A stretch of DNA of 64,000 nt, taken from positions 8,246,001-8,310,000 of the forward strand of contig NC_059427.1 in NCBI RefSeq assembly GCF_021028975.2, given 5' to 3'. The position numbers and the translations under genes were made by a program. Shown piece after piece: positions 24,415 through 37,066 of the stretch; the first letter of the stretch is position 1, and each line of letters opens with the position of its first letter. Source of the DNA: Sphaerodactylus townsendi. Taxonomy: Eukaryota. Under the pieces are notes generated by a model that saw only the letters and a list, made by a program, of their open reading frames with translations, had not been told where the DNA came from and searched no databases.

Positions 24415-25740
24415 CTGCAAGGGGGACAAAGGAAGAAGGAAGGGTGTTAGCCTCGATTCATATTTGATTTGCTTGTTTGAATCCTGCTTCACGCACCCCC
24501 CTTTCCAGGGCTTTCAGCCTTTCCCTATGTATATTCAACACAATTGGGAGGATTTTTACTAAGCTGTGAGAAATGCGGAAGAGAAGCACCAGATTCCCAT
24601 GAGCTGCTGACACATTTCAGACTTCTCTGAGAGTTGACATGTGCCCTCTGGACTCCAGAGCTCAAAAATCTGAGAGTAATAGAGAGCCAGCAAGATCTAG
24701 TGGTTAAGAGCAGTGGACTCTAATCTGGTGAACTAGGTTTGTTACCACACTTTTACACATGAAGGCTGCTGGACGACCTTGAGCTGGTCACAGTTCTTGG
24801 AGAGCTGTCTCAGCCCCATCTAGCTCACAAGATGTCTGTTGGAGGAGAGGAAAGGAAGGAGTTGTAAGCCTTTTTGAGAAAAGCAGGATACAAATCCCAA
24901 CACTTCTCTTCTTCTAGATCAGACTCAAGCCCAAACAGGCCTTTTCCCCACTGGCTGAACCTTGTCACTTGCCCCCGCATCCAGGCCTCTGTGAGGAGGG
25001 GGCACAGAAATGACTTTACATGACATGTGACCATCACATCTGCCCAAAAACCCAGACCTGACCTTAGAGCATCTGAAAAATGCAGGGTAGTATCTATGAG
25101 TTTCCAGAGTGTCTTCTGATATGCTGACTTCCATGTTCAGCTTCTCAACCAGATGTCAACATCATGCCAATGCAATTTTGGACTGTATCAACAGAAGTAT
25201 AGTGTCCAGATCTCGCAAAGTGTTGGTATCACTTTACTCTGCTCAGACCTTACCTGGACTGCTGTGTTCAGTTTTGGGCACCACAGTTAAAGAAGTTGTC
25301 AATGGCAGTACATCTGAATGGAGAGAGGTATTCATTGGGGTGTTGCAGGGCTTAGATTTGGACCTGGTACATTTCAATGTTTTTTATAAATGATCTGCAT
25401 GAGATGGCGGAGGGAGAATCCATTAAATTTGCAGATGACACCAAATTAGGAGGAGAAGCAAACACATCAGAAGACAGAGATACAAATCAATAAGATCTGA
25501 ACATACTGGAAAGGTAGATGGCCGTGAGCAAAAATTAGGACACTGGATGGGTGATACACTTCTGCATAGCAGTGTATGTGAACAAAATCTAGGGGTATGG
25601 GTGGGGACTGTAAGCTAAATATGAGCAGCAAGTGTGATGCAGCAGCAAAAAAGGCTAATGAGAACTTGGGGTATATTAACAAAGGCATAACACCTACATT
25701 GTAAGCAACTAAACAAACTCTTAGCAAGGATGCGCTAGGC

Positions 25741-25871
25741 CAGGGGTCTGCAACCTGCGGTTCTCCAGATGTTCATGGACTACAAATCCCATCAGCCCCT
25801 GCCAGCATGGCATGGGCTGATGGGGTTTGTAGTCCATGAACATCTGGAGAGCCACAGGTTGCACACCCCTG
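25741..25871. mobile_element. Palindromic hAT MITE
   Basis: CAGGGGTCTGCAACCTG...CAGGTTGCACACCCCTG; near-perfect hairpin; TSD cgctaggc/cactaggc. Confidence 0.85.
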
Positions 25872-26116
25872 CACTAGGCTGATCCTGTACTAAGTTAGGA
25901 ATTGGACTAAATGGCCTGAATGGTCCCTTTCAACACTATCATTCTAAGGATGCAGACGAGCGGGAATGTGTCCAGAGGAACAAGTTGGTGAGGAATCTGG
26001 AGAACAAGTTCTATGAGGAAATGTTGACAGAGCTGAGTATATTTGGCCTGGAGAAGAGAAGACTGAGAGGCAATACGAAAACCATCTTCAAGTATCTGAA
26101 GGGGTGTCATATAGAG

Positions 26117-26314
26117 CAGTGGTTCTCAACCTTCCTAATGCCGCGAACCTTTAAAACAGTTCCTCATGTTGTGGCGACTCCCAGCCATAAAGTTATTTGT
26201 GTCCCGGTTCCTAAGACCATCAGAAATATGTGTTTTCCAATGGCCTTAGGCGACCCCTGTGAAAGGGTTGTTCGACTCCCAAAGGGATCACCATCCACAG
26301 GTTGAGAACCGCTG
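26117..26314 (+). mobile_element. SPIN/URR1-type hAT MITE inserted in CR1
   Basis: TIR CAGTGGTTCTCAACCT / AGGTTGAGAACCGCTG; perfect TSD ATATAGAG. Confidence 0.9.
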
Positions 26315-27152
26315 ATATAGAGGATGGTGTAGAGTTGTTTTGGGTTGACCTGAATCAGATTAGAACCAGTGGGTTGAAATCAAATCGAAAGTGTTTGGCT
26401 AAACATCACGAAGAACTTCCTGACAGCTAGAGCAGTTTCTCAGTGTAACAGTCTTCCTAGAGACAGTGGGCTCTCTTTCTTTGAAGGTTTTGAAGCCGAG
26501 GCGAGATACCCATCTTACAGCAATGCTGATTCTGTGAACTTAGGGAGACCACGAAAAGGAGGGCAGAAAGGGTTGCACCAGTGCTGTGTTCTCATGTCCC
26601 CATTTTACATTCTGGGGTCAGGAAGCAATTTTCCTCTAGGCCAGATTGGTCCAGGAATCCTGGAGGATTTTTTTTGCCATCTTTTGGGTATGAAACAGAG
26701 GTCACTGGGGGATGTGAGGGGGAGGTGGTTGTGAATTTCTTTAATTATGCAGAAAGTTGGAGCAGATGCCCTTTGGGAGTATCTTCCAGCTCTATGTTTC
26801 TATGATTTTTATGATCAACATGAAATCACACACAGATGCGTGTGATTTGGACCCATCTTGGACCCACCCTCAATGTTCCAAGAGGTGCCAGGTGTTTTTT
26901 TCCAAGTCATCTGGAGTCACTCTTACACGAGGAAGGTGAGATATGTATATTTTAATTAATATGAAGAAGAACACACTTGCTCTCCCTGAATCTGTCTAGT
27001 TCCCCTTTAAAGTGAGAGGCCATCAATACACCTATGGGCAAAGAGTGTCAAAAGTCCACTCTGTGCTGTGTGCAGAAGGATTTTTTTTCCTTCTTTTTGC
27101 TCATCAACTTCCCTGGATGCCCCAATCCCATCGTGGCATGAGAAGCCCTTAC

Positions 27153-27258
27153 CACGTAAGAGGGCATCTTGGGCAGGCTCCACCCTCTGCCGTTCTTCCG
27201 ATGGCGCTCCTCCTACCTCACAGAACTTAGTTTCTCTCTCCATGGATGGTCCACACAT
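27153..27258 (-). CDS. Gene 2 exon (MCGPSMERETKFCEVGGAPSEERQRVEPAQDALLR)
   Basis: cctttcag|ATG acceptor, |gtaag donor, 106 bp, phase 0-1. Confidence 0.7.
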
Positions 27259-27879
27259 CTGAAAGGGCAGCAAGGGAGACAGGTAAGAGAAGGAATGGAA
27301 CAGGCCAAGGAGACGGATCCTGCCCCAGTCTCCCCCTGCATCAAGCAGCAGAATCACTTCAACCACAGGCAGGTTTTCTTCTCAGCCTAGTAAATTTTCC
27401 TTTAAAAAAAATAAAATTATTTTTTCACAAAACATTATAACAAAAAAAATGTTCCATTGGTGTGGATACAGGGGAAAAGAGATAATAGAAGGTATAAAAG
27501 GGAAAAAAGAAGACTTAAAAGACAGGGAAAGTGAAACTGAGAAGGGGGTAGGGAAAAAATGGAGAGGCGGATTCTGAAGCCGAAGGCAGCTCACACTTAC
27601 TAATCCTGGATGTTTTCAGAACTAGTGGGTCTAAAATAAGCCCTATAGTCCACCTGTTGAATCTGAAGGTCTCCAGAACTTCTGGAGAGGCTAGAATCAG
27701 ACCCAATCTGCTCTGACTCCAGACTCTTTCAATAAAGTGCAGCAGGGAGCTTCTGCACACTCAAACCAGTCGAATAATCATCTTCCCTGGAAGTCCAGTC
27801 TAGTATATTTTCTAGAGGTAGAAACACTTTGTCTTAGGAGAAGGCTGCTGTTTGAATTGAATGAACGAAACCTTCTCAC

Positions 27880-28302
27880 CAGCTCTGCCTGCCTTTTCTC
27901 CTTTGCCTGACTCAGGAGGAAACCTTCAGCTAGGGCCACTGCCTGGGAACTGGTCACCGGTCGGCATCCCCTGATCCAGCTCTACATCTCTGGGGGCAGG
28001 ATAGCTAGGAACTGTTCCAGGACCACCAGGTCCAGGATCTGCTTCTTGGAGTGCCTCTCTGGCTTCAGCCAGTGATTGCAGAGTCTATGGAGCTGGCTAC
28101 AAACCTCTCTGGGACCATCAGCCTCTTGGTAGCGGAACTGCCGGAAGAGCTGGCGATGTTCCTTGGAGATCATAGAGTCCTGATGCAGGATCCCTGGCAC
28201 AGCCCTTTCCCAGAGCTCAACACCACTCCCAGCCTGAATGGGACGGAGGCCTTTCCACGCTGTCTTGCCAGTTCCCACTCCTTCTTGGCTCTGCTCTTCC
28301 AT
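27880..28302 (-). CDS. Gene 2 SCAN exon with a premature TAG at 27982-27984
   Basis: [78 protein letters not shown]; |gtgag donor at 27879. Confidence 0.85.
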
Positions 28303-30079
28303 CTCCTCTGCCTTCTATTGGGTCCTCTCCGACTGTGAAATTGTGCCACTCTTCATACACCTATTAAGAGGCGGAGGAAAGGATATCAAAATGGCCGAAA
28401 CAACACAAAAGAGAACTGAGCTACATCACCAACCCATTAAGGCACACCCAGGATTGCTCTGCTGCATCAAAATGGCTGTCTTTGTTGTGGTTTGTGGATC
28501 AGGATTAAAGCAATTGTGCCATATTACATAATAAGCTTTCAAAGATATGCTTGATTGGTCCCTGAGAAAATTCCATTGTCCCTACTTGGCTCATTTAAAA
28601 TCAGTTGCAAAGGCCACAGATTTTGCCTCTGCTGAAGGGGAATCAGCAGTGTTCAAGGGGCTACGTCCCAAGGTCAACTGACCCCAAGACAAAATGACTG
28701 ACCTTCAGTCTTGAAGGCATCTCCTCAATAGCCCTGAAGCATCAGGCAGTAGCTCTGCCCAAGCAACAGCAGGCGGGAACAGGAAGAGTCGTGTCAAGCC
28801 TCTTCTGGTGAGGAACAAGGACTGCTGGGATGAACAGGGGCAGGTGAAAGCAATGAACCCCCAAGGGAAGCTACCCATGAGAGGGAAGGGGGGGGGGGAT
28901 GCAGGCCAGCCAATCGGCATGAATGGTTCATCTCACGTTTGGGACTTCTGCCTGGGTCTCCTGGCTTGAAAAGAAGCTTTGTGTTCTCACTGGCATCCCC
29001 ACAGCAGAACCTGAACCTACACCTTCTGTGTGCCATTGAAGTCCAGTGCATAGCTGGGGGGGGTGGGGGTGTGTGTTAAAAGAGAGACCATCTAAAGGAA
29101 CTCGCCTGTTGAAGGCTTTTTCCCCTCAGGTGCTTTGCCACCTTTCCCTAATTAACTGGTATGTTTCAGGCGTGAATCTGGAATGAAAGGGGAAAGATGG
29201 CTCCTGTCCTGCAAGGCTCCATCAACACCTGCCCCACAAGTGGTTAACCTGGTCAGATGGTGATGGTCAGCTTTTCCCATACAGGTAGCTAGAGATAAGA
29301 ATCCCTCCTCCCTTTATTATCCCCCCCCCCCGGCCCCCGCGCAGTCCCCCTCACTTGAAGAGGATGCTTGTGCAAGGCTCTGGAAACTGCCTTCAGACCA
29401 ACCAGCACTGTGGGAGACTCCAATCAGCAGGACAGCTTTGTCATTCAGTTGATGGCACCCTACTGCCACTGAACTCCATGCCTGTTTTTAACACTTTCTA
29501 AACTTCTTCAATAAAGCTTTAATATGCTTTATTGTATGTGATACTGGAAGGATTATTGGCACCAAACTTGGGTGGGCTCTGCTGCATTACTCTACCAAGG
29601 TGAGTATGCCTTGACAGGTGGTGGCAGGTGCACGTTCCAGTTAGCTGCCCCATCCCAGACTGGCAACGCATCAGGGTCTTAGGAGGGGGCTGCTTCTGAT
29701 TCCCATCCAAGCAGGAGTCCCCCACCTCGTGCCTTTTTTTTAACTTATGGGTCAAAAATGCAGAATTAAAAACAAACAAGCAAGCCACGGAGCCCCAGTT
29801 TCCTAGTACTTAAAGACACTGATTATCCCCTCCTCAATCCAATGCCCACTAGGATTCCCAACCTCCAGGTGAGGCCTGGAGATCTGCCGAAATCATAGCT
29901 GATCTCCGGAATACAGCAATCAGATCCCCTGGAGGGAAATGTCCGCTTTGGAAAGGGGGGGGGGGTGTCACTATGGCATTACATCCCACTGATCTCCTTC
30001 CCCATGTCCCCCCGCCCCCCGGCAGGAATTTGACACCCGAGAGCTGCAAACGCAATGATTGAGACGCTTTGTGTGTGTG

Positions 30080-30590
30080 TGTGCAGAAGTAAAAGAACCC
30101 GCAATTGAGTGCCAGTCTTCTTACGGTGGATTTTCCTTCCACTTCAATGCACGGATCATCCCCGCCCCCGTCCCTTTGCACAGTGGAGCAAAACCGGCGC
30201 TGACGGCGGCATTTCTCCCTTCCGAGATCGAAGCGCTTCTGATTCAAGGACTTACTCGCAAGTAAACCTACCCCGGATCCGGCTACAACTCGGCAGGCCT
30301 TCCTCCCCGTCGCAATTCAAAGGCCGGCCCCTCCCCCACCGCGCTGGAAGGGAGCCTTTCTTCTATGACGCCCCACCTTGCTCGGCCTCTCTAGCCAGCA
30401 GCTCGGTAGACTTAACCGGTTCAGTGCTGCAGTAAAATGAAAGAAAAAAATGCTTCCCGTCCTTTTAACGAGGATCTCCGCCAGCGACGCCTTATGCAGC
30501 TCAGTGGGGCTGCCCTGGAGTAATTCTGCACGAGGATCTCCCGTGCTGTTCAGCTGTCTCGAAATCATCATCACGGGGGGCGGTGGGAAA
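30080..30590 (-). promoter_or_regulatory. CpG island, probable promoter and first exon of gene 2
   Basis: Locally high CpG with GC boxes (ccccgccccc, ggggcgg), ~2 kb upstream of the SCAN exon on the minus strand. Confidence 0.55.
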
Positions 30591-30913
30591 GGAAGGCAAA
30601 CTGAAGCAAGGTCACCCTGAGTTAATCAGAAGCTAGTCTGCTGCCCTTCATCCTCCCATTCAGTGGGTTTACACCCAGGAACAGAGCTGCCTACCTCCAG
30701 GAGAGACTTAGGAACCTCCCAGAATGTAACAATATCAGTTCTCCTACAGATATCAGTTCTCCTGGAGAAAATCCTTATTTTGGAAAGTAAACATTAGCCC
30801 CTGCCGAGGCCCCCCTCAGGCCCTGCTCTGCCCCCCAAATGTCCAGGAGTTTACCACCCAGGAACTGACAGTCCATAATTCTTAGCAGCACTCCCCTCTT
30901 CCAAGATCTAAAC

Positions 30914-31446
30914 CAGTGATGGCGAACCTATGGCACGGGTGCCAGAGGTGGCACTCAGAGCCATCTCTGTGGGCACACACAAACAGAGTTCATCATGTGG
31001 GGGGGGGGGGAATTGCCCCCCCCCCCACACACATCTAGACTGGCCTGGGCCGCTGGGCTCACCACAGCATTAAAACCTAAGACCTAGTTTTGGGAAGCAG
31101 CGTAGGTAACCCTGTTAAGCGCTGTTAAACCCCACTGATTTTCATGCAAAAAACTAAAGTGTGATCCCCTTACTCAGCGCACCGGTTGCTGGGAATGTGG
31201 TTTGGTTCTGAGTAAACCCTCCTAGGGTCGTGATTCACCCGCTGGAAGAGTTGCACGTTGCTTCCAAAGCAAAAGCCACCGACTACCACCAAGCTTACTC
31301 CTGAGTAACACACTGGAGCCAACCGCTTTTTCTAAAACTAAAACCTCTAGTGTTCAGGTTAAATTGCCGTTGGAATTTCAAGCATAAATAAGTGGGTTTT
31401 GGGTTGCAGTTTGGGCACTCGGTCTCAAAAAGGTTCGCCATCACTG
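30914..31446 (+). mobile_element. hAT MITE, TIR CAGTGATGGCGAACCT (different interior from the 21383 copy)
   Basis: Perfect TIRs; TSD ATCTAAAC; empty-site-like paralogous sequence at 4962-4992. Confidence 0.92.
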
Positions 31447-33146
31447 ATCTAAACGCTTATTCTCTTTTCCATCAGCTCCACAATGCAGGTTCAGCTCCAT
31501 ATGTTGACTAGGTGCACATATAAAGCACAAGCAAGGGTTCATGATATAGCACTTTAGTATATCAGGAGCAAAGATTCAAACTCCAATAAGAGACTTTAGA
31601 GGTGAGATGTATAAAATAATTTTTAAAGGATTTATTAGGCTATAGCAGAATAAAAAGGTCCTCTGACCCAAAGGCAGAATCAAGGAAATACATCATGACA
31701 CAGTATTTAATAGTAGTGTACAAATTGATCAAAAGGCATGATTAATACATCAGTAATTACATCATTCTGCACACCGGATGCATGATCAATAAGCAGTTGG
31801 CTTTTCACATGTCTGAGATGAGATCCTAATATTTAAATGAGCTCCCTGGGTTGACCATGCGGTTGACCTATCACCCCAAAAGAGTTATTGGCCATGTATT
31901 GGAAGCCAGGTTGGTGCCATAAAATAATAAACAATTCACACTGTTGCCTTCTTATCAGAGAGACCTGGCAGATGTTGCCAAAACACTAAGGATGTAGGTC
32001 CATCATCTCCAAAATATCCTTGAAGATGGGTACAGTCACAGTGAGACATATTACTGCATTTCAACCCCTCCTTCAGGCTCTCTGTAGCTGTATTTGACTC
32101 AACAGGCCCCATTCTTTGATATGCCATAAAATAATTTCTTCCTGAGCATGGGAGAAAAGGAAAGGAGTAAGGAGTCTTCACAGGAAAGGATAACTTTATT
32201 TGTTTGTTTGTTAATTAATTAATTAATTAGTCTTGATAGACCGCCCAATCCCCGGAGGGCTCTGGGCGGTGTACAATGCACAAACCTAACTGAGGTGGTT
32301 ATTTCTAGTAACAGTTTTCTTCCAAATAAATATTCCTAAAGGCTACAATTCTACATCTGCATCAAAGCTATTGCTCTTTACAATTCAAAGGTTTAGTTTT
32401 TACAGGTTGGGAGCCTGCTTCCTCTTGGCACAGATCTACAGACAGTGTTTTAAAATCCCACCAATCTGCTCCCTATATTAATCCATTAATTCTCTATTTC
32501 TATAAGAAAATATAAATGCATTGTCTATATAATGCTATATCATTCACTGTAACTTGCGAACAGGGCTAGGGGATTGGCTGACAATATACTTTCAGTGCCA
32601 TTATCCTTTTATTTTGGCTTATTAACTAGGGTTTTCTGGTCTGCCCTGGTCACCAGTAGAGGATAGGGGGTAGGGTTGCCAGATCCAGGTTAGGTTAACT
32701 CCTGGAGATTTGGGGAAGGACTCTGGGGAAGACCGGGACCTCAGTGGTGTACCATAGAGTCCACCCTCCAGAGCATCCATTTTCTCCAGGGGAACCGATA
32801 TTTGTAGTCTGACTGGAGATGAGTTGTAATTCCAGGGGACCCCCCCCTCCCACCTGGAGGCCAGGATCTCTGCTAAATAACACCTTAAAATGACACTGTG
32901 GGTGTGGTTCTTTCATTGATGCACCTGCTTGCTTTTGGACTATGACTGTTGTTTTTCACCACCAGGCACATAAAACACTCCCCTGAGAGCACAACTCCAA
33001 TTGCAGGGAAGATTGGACTGCCCTCCCAATCCAGAGCCATGACCAGGCTTCAAAGCAGACACAGCTCTGTTCTAATTTCTCTAACAAGGCAACTCTACTT
33101 CCTAAAATGAAGCAGAAAGTCAGAGAACAAAAACCCAGTCTGGTAG

Positions 33147-33342
33147 TGTCGAAGGCTTTCATGGTTGGACTCAACTGGTTGTTGTGGGCTTTCTGTGCTG
33201 TGTGGCCGTGGTCTGGTAGATCTTGTTCCCAACGTTTTGCCTGCATCTGTGACTGACATCTTCAGAGTATCACAGAAAGAAGTACACACTTCTCTCTGTG
33301 ATACACCTCTGAAGGTGCCAGCCACAGATGCAGGCGAAACAT
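33147..33342. mobile_element. Penelope-like pseudo-LTR fragment with an inverted hairpin, in the probable 3'UTR of gene 3
   Basis: tgtcgaaggctttcatgg...; inverted arms cttcagag..tatcacagaaagaagt / acttctctctgtgatacacctctgaag; two mutated hammerhead cores. Confidence 0.7.
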
Positions 33343-33404
33343 TTTGGGCACTGTCACTTCCACACTGATTCTGAGCTGCTGGCCAATTTTTGAAAACAGA
33401 GCAG

Positions 33405-34507
33405 CTATGTGGTTTGCGACATATGGATTCTTTGATGTTGCCGAAGGTCTGATGTCTGAATATACCTCTTTCCACATTCTGAACACTGATACGGTTTCTC
33501 CCCTGTATGGATCCTTTGATGGCGTAGAAGGTCAGAACGTAAACCAAATTTCTTTCCACATTCTGAGCACTCGTATGGTTTCTCACCTGTGTGGATCTTC
33601 TGATGCCGCTGAAGGTGCGATTGGCAACTGTATCTCTTTTCACACTCTGAGCACTCATAGGGTTTCTCACCTGTGTGGGTTCTTTGATGTTGCTGTAAGG
33701 ATGATGTCTGACTAAATGTCTTTCCACACTCTGAGCATTTGTAAGGTCTTTCCCCTGTGTGTGTTCTTTGATGCACAGTGAGACTTATGCGGTGACGGAA
33801 GGCCTTCCCACACTCTGAGCATCGATAGGGTTTCTCCTCTGTGTGGACTATGTGATGTTGCCGAAGGTGTGATGCCCATCGAAATCTCTTTCCACACTCT
33901 GGGCATTTATACCTTTTCTCTTCAGTGCATATTCTTCGTTGCACAGTAAGACCTACACTGTTGCTGAAAGTCTTTTCAGCCTCTGCACATGGGTTCTGCT
34001 TCTTCCCTGTGTGAATGATCTGATACTGTTGCTGGTGTGATCTTCCACTGGAGCTGTTTTCATATTCTTGGACTTTTGGGGGCTCTTCACTTGTGTGAAT
34101 CCTTTGATGTGATGTAAGAACTGTTCTCCGACTGAAGCTCTCTCTGCACACTGAACAATTATACAGTTTCTCTCCTGGGTTAATCTGTTGATGTGAAATA
34201 AAGTTCATGCTCTGACTGAACCTCTTCTCAAACTGCAAACTATCTTTTGTTTTTTCCCTGGTGTGAATTCTCAGCTGAGAGCTGAGGTTCTGCCTCTTTT
34301 GTGGTTGCTTTTCTTGCTGGATTGGGAATTCCTGATAGTGCCCTCCTTGGCAAGGAATGGGATTACCCTTCCTCTCCAAGAAGTGGCTTCCTTCCGGTCT
34401 CTTTCGTCCATTTAGATTCCCGAAGTTTCCTTTTAGATTTCCATTCCTGCATTTTCCTGAGAATGACACCTGGCGTCTCCCATCATTTTCATTCTCCTGC
34501 ATATCTC
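33405..34507 (-). CDS. SCAN-ZNF gene 3, terminal exon with 7 intact C2H2 fingers plus degenerate ones
   Basis: ORF with [10 protein letters not shown]...[11 protein letters not shown] repeats; ctttgttcaagcag| acceptor at 34508, phase 1. Confidence 0.9.
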
Positions 34508-34641
34508 CTGCTTGAACAAAGAGAGAGACAGAGGTCCAGTTACCAATGTGGCAAGAAGCCAAGTCTCAGACTGGTCCCTCCTATGAAACTTCTGTGTATT
34601 TTGTGTCCTCTGTCAGATCTGCTTTCCTGTCTCAAGCAAAC

Positions 34642-34816
34642 NNNNNNNNNNNNNNNNNNNNNNNNNNNNNNNNNNNNNNNNNNNNNNNNNNNNNNNNNNN
34701 NNNNNNNNNNNNNNNNNNNNNNNNNNNNNNNNNNNNNNNNNNNNNNNNNNNNNNNNNNNNNNNNNNNNNNNNNNNNNNNNNNNNNNNNNNNNNNNNNNNN
34801 NNNNNNNNNNNNNNNN
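34642..34816. other. Assembly gap (175 N) inside a gene 3 intron
   Basis: Run of N. Confidence 1.
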
Positions 34817-35144
34817 TCTTCCCTAAATAGGACTGCATCCATATTAAATTAAAAGAGAAGCAGGAGGTAGTATTCCTTCACCTACCCTCACACAGGACAT
34901 ACTATGCTTGTTTTTTCTTGTGTTTTTGTGGCTGAACATTATCATAAATTGCAGCCTTGTCAGGATCTGCAGTTGCACATATAATTTCTTCAAAATTCAA
35001 AGCGCTGAACAGTCTGGGACCACTCTATCTATGCGACCACCACTCTTGACATTCCTCCCTATGAACATTACAGTCAGCTGGTAACAACATACTGATGGTC
35101 CTTTGCCCAAAAAGTGTCCAGCTGTCTTTGACCAGGGTCAGAGC

Positions 35145-35537
35145 CAGTGGTGGGATCCAAAAATTTTAGTAACAGGTTCCCATGGAGGTGGGATTCAAAC
35201 TGTGGCGTAGCGCCAATGGGGCTGGGCGGGGCACAACGGGGGTGTGGCCAGGAATTCCGGGGGGTGGGGCATTCCTGGGCGGGGCTGTGGCAAGGACGCA
35301 GCCGCCGCGCCGGTCCTTGGGCAGGAAACGAATGCACGCAGGCGCAGGCTGCCACGCATGCCGGTGCACCTCCTGCTAGACTGCTTCAAGTTCTGCGCGC
35401 TACTGCTGAGAGGAGGGGCGTAACTAAGGCAAAAATCACGTGGCAAAATCACCAATTAGTAACCCCCTCTCGGCACACACAAATAATTAGTAACCTACTC
35501 TTGGGAACCTGTGAGAACCTGCTGGATCCCACCTCTG
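35145..35537. mobile_element. Young CpG-rich hAT MITE
   Basis: TIR CAGTGGTGGGATCC / GGATCCCACCTCTG; perfect TSD GTCAGAGC. Confidence 0.9.
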
Positions 35538-36444
35538 GTCAGAGCCTTTTCAGCTCTGGCTCTGAGCTGGTGGCACTCTCTTATCAAATGAGACCCGAGC
35601 CCTGTGGTACCTGGTCCAGTTCCACAGGGTCTGTAACCTTGAGGTGTTCCACCAGACCTACAGTGGAGGACAGCAACAGTTCCATTCCAGCTGGCCTCCT
35701 TCCTCCTGTCCCTTCCCTCCTTTTCCCTCTTTCTTTCTTACCATTGTTTTTTCCTTCCTCTTTTCCCTTTCCCTCCCTTTTCATTCCTTCTCTGATTGCT
35801 CTTTCCAGCATCCTCAGGAGGGTGCTGCAGTCCCACCTACCTCACAAGATGGTTAGGATTTTAAATGTTAACCTCAATTCTGTGTAGGGTATTCATTTTA
35901 ATTGTATGTTTTAAATGCTGTTAGTTGCCTGGACCTGGACTCCATTTCAAAAAGTGTGGGATAAAAATCAAATAAATTTTGACTCAAATCACATGTAGCT
36001 TCCCCACCCCCATCAGCGGACATTCCACAATTCACCCGGCACATCAGGTATGGTTGTGTTCTTTGGTATTTATTTCACTTTACCCCACTTTTCTCCCCAG
36101 TGGGGGCCCAAAACTGCCTACACAACCCTTTGGGATGGGTTACACTGACAGAGAGTATGACTGGCCCAATGTCACTCTGTGTGCCACCACAGCACAAGTA
36201 GGAGTTCAAACCTTGGACTTCCAGATGCTAGTTCAATATTCATAACCTCTACACCCCATTAGCTCTCATGATTCAATATGAAACATTGTTTTCAACTGCA
36301 GCCGCCTCAAGGCCTGCGATTGTGCATAACTGAACAAATCATAACTGTATGGAAGGGGAGGAGGCAGAGGAAGGCATCCAGAACCTCATCAAGGAAATCC
36401 ACCATTCGAATAGGCAACCACACTTTTGTGCTTTTATTCACTGA

Positions 36445-36595
36445 GGCCCCTTCCGCACATGCAGAATAATGCACTTTCAATCCACTTTCAATATATTTTG
36501 CAGCTGGATTTTACTGTGCGGAATAGTAAAATCCATTTGCAAACAGTTGTGAAAGTGCACTGAAAGTGGATTATTCTGCATGTGCGGAAGGGGCC
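36445..36595. mobile_element. PIF/Harbinger-type MITE
   Basis: 26-bp TIR GGCCCCTTCCGCACATGCAGAATAAT; 3-bp TSD TGA. Confidence 0.85.
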
Positions 36596-37066
36596 TGAGA
36601 TGAAGAACAGTTGGACTCTAATCTGGAGAACCAGGTTCAATTTCCCACTCCTCCAGTTGAAGCTGCTGGGTGATCTTGGGCCAGTCACAGTTCTCTCAGA
36701 ATTCTTTAAGTCCCACCTACCTCACAAGGTGTCTGTTGTAGGGAGAGGAGGGGAAGGCACTTGTAAGTCGCTTTGAGACTCCTTACAGCTGAGAAAAGTG
36801 GGGTATAAAAACCAACTCTCTTCTTCAATTGGATGCAGGACTGGATAGGCCTTAGACCTCATCCAGCAGGCTCTTCTGAACATCTTAATTTTGGGAATGT
36901 CCTTGCAGTGATCCTTCCATTCCAGGTCTTTTCTCCAGAACACGAAATAGTCTGAATGATCTAAGGACACAGTTTTCTCAGTAGGAGAATAAGGAGCCAC
37001 AACCAGCGTGGTGTAGTGGTTAAGAGCGGTGGACTCTTATCTGATGAACCGGGTTTGTTTTCCCTG

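Larger units (their letters stand above)
25130..26810 (+). mobile_element. Old CR1 LINE fragments with nested MITEs
   Basis: ANAILDCINRSIVSRSR, aaatttgcagatgacaccaaatt (FADDTK), LEKRRLRGN motifs; ttctatga tail near 26800. Confidence 0.75.
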
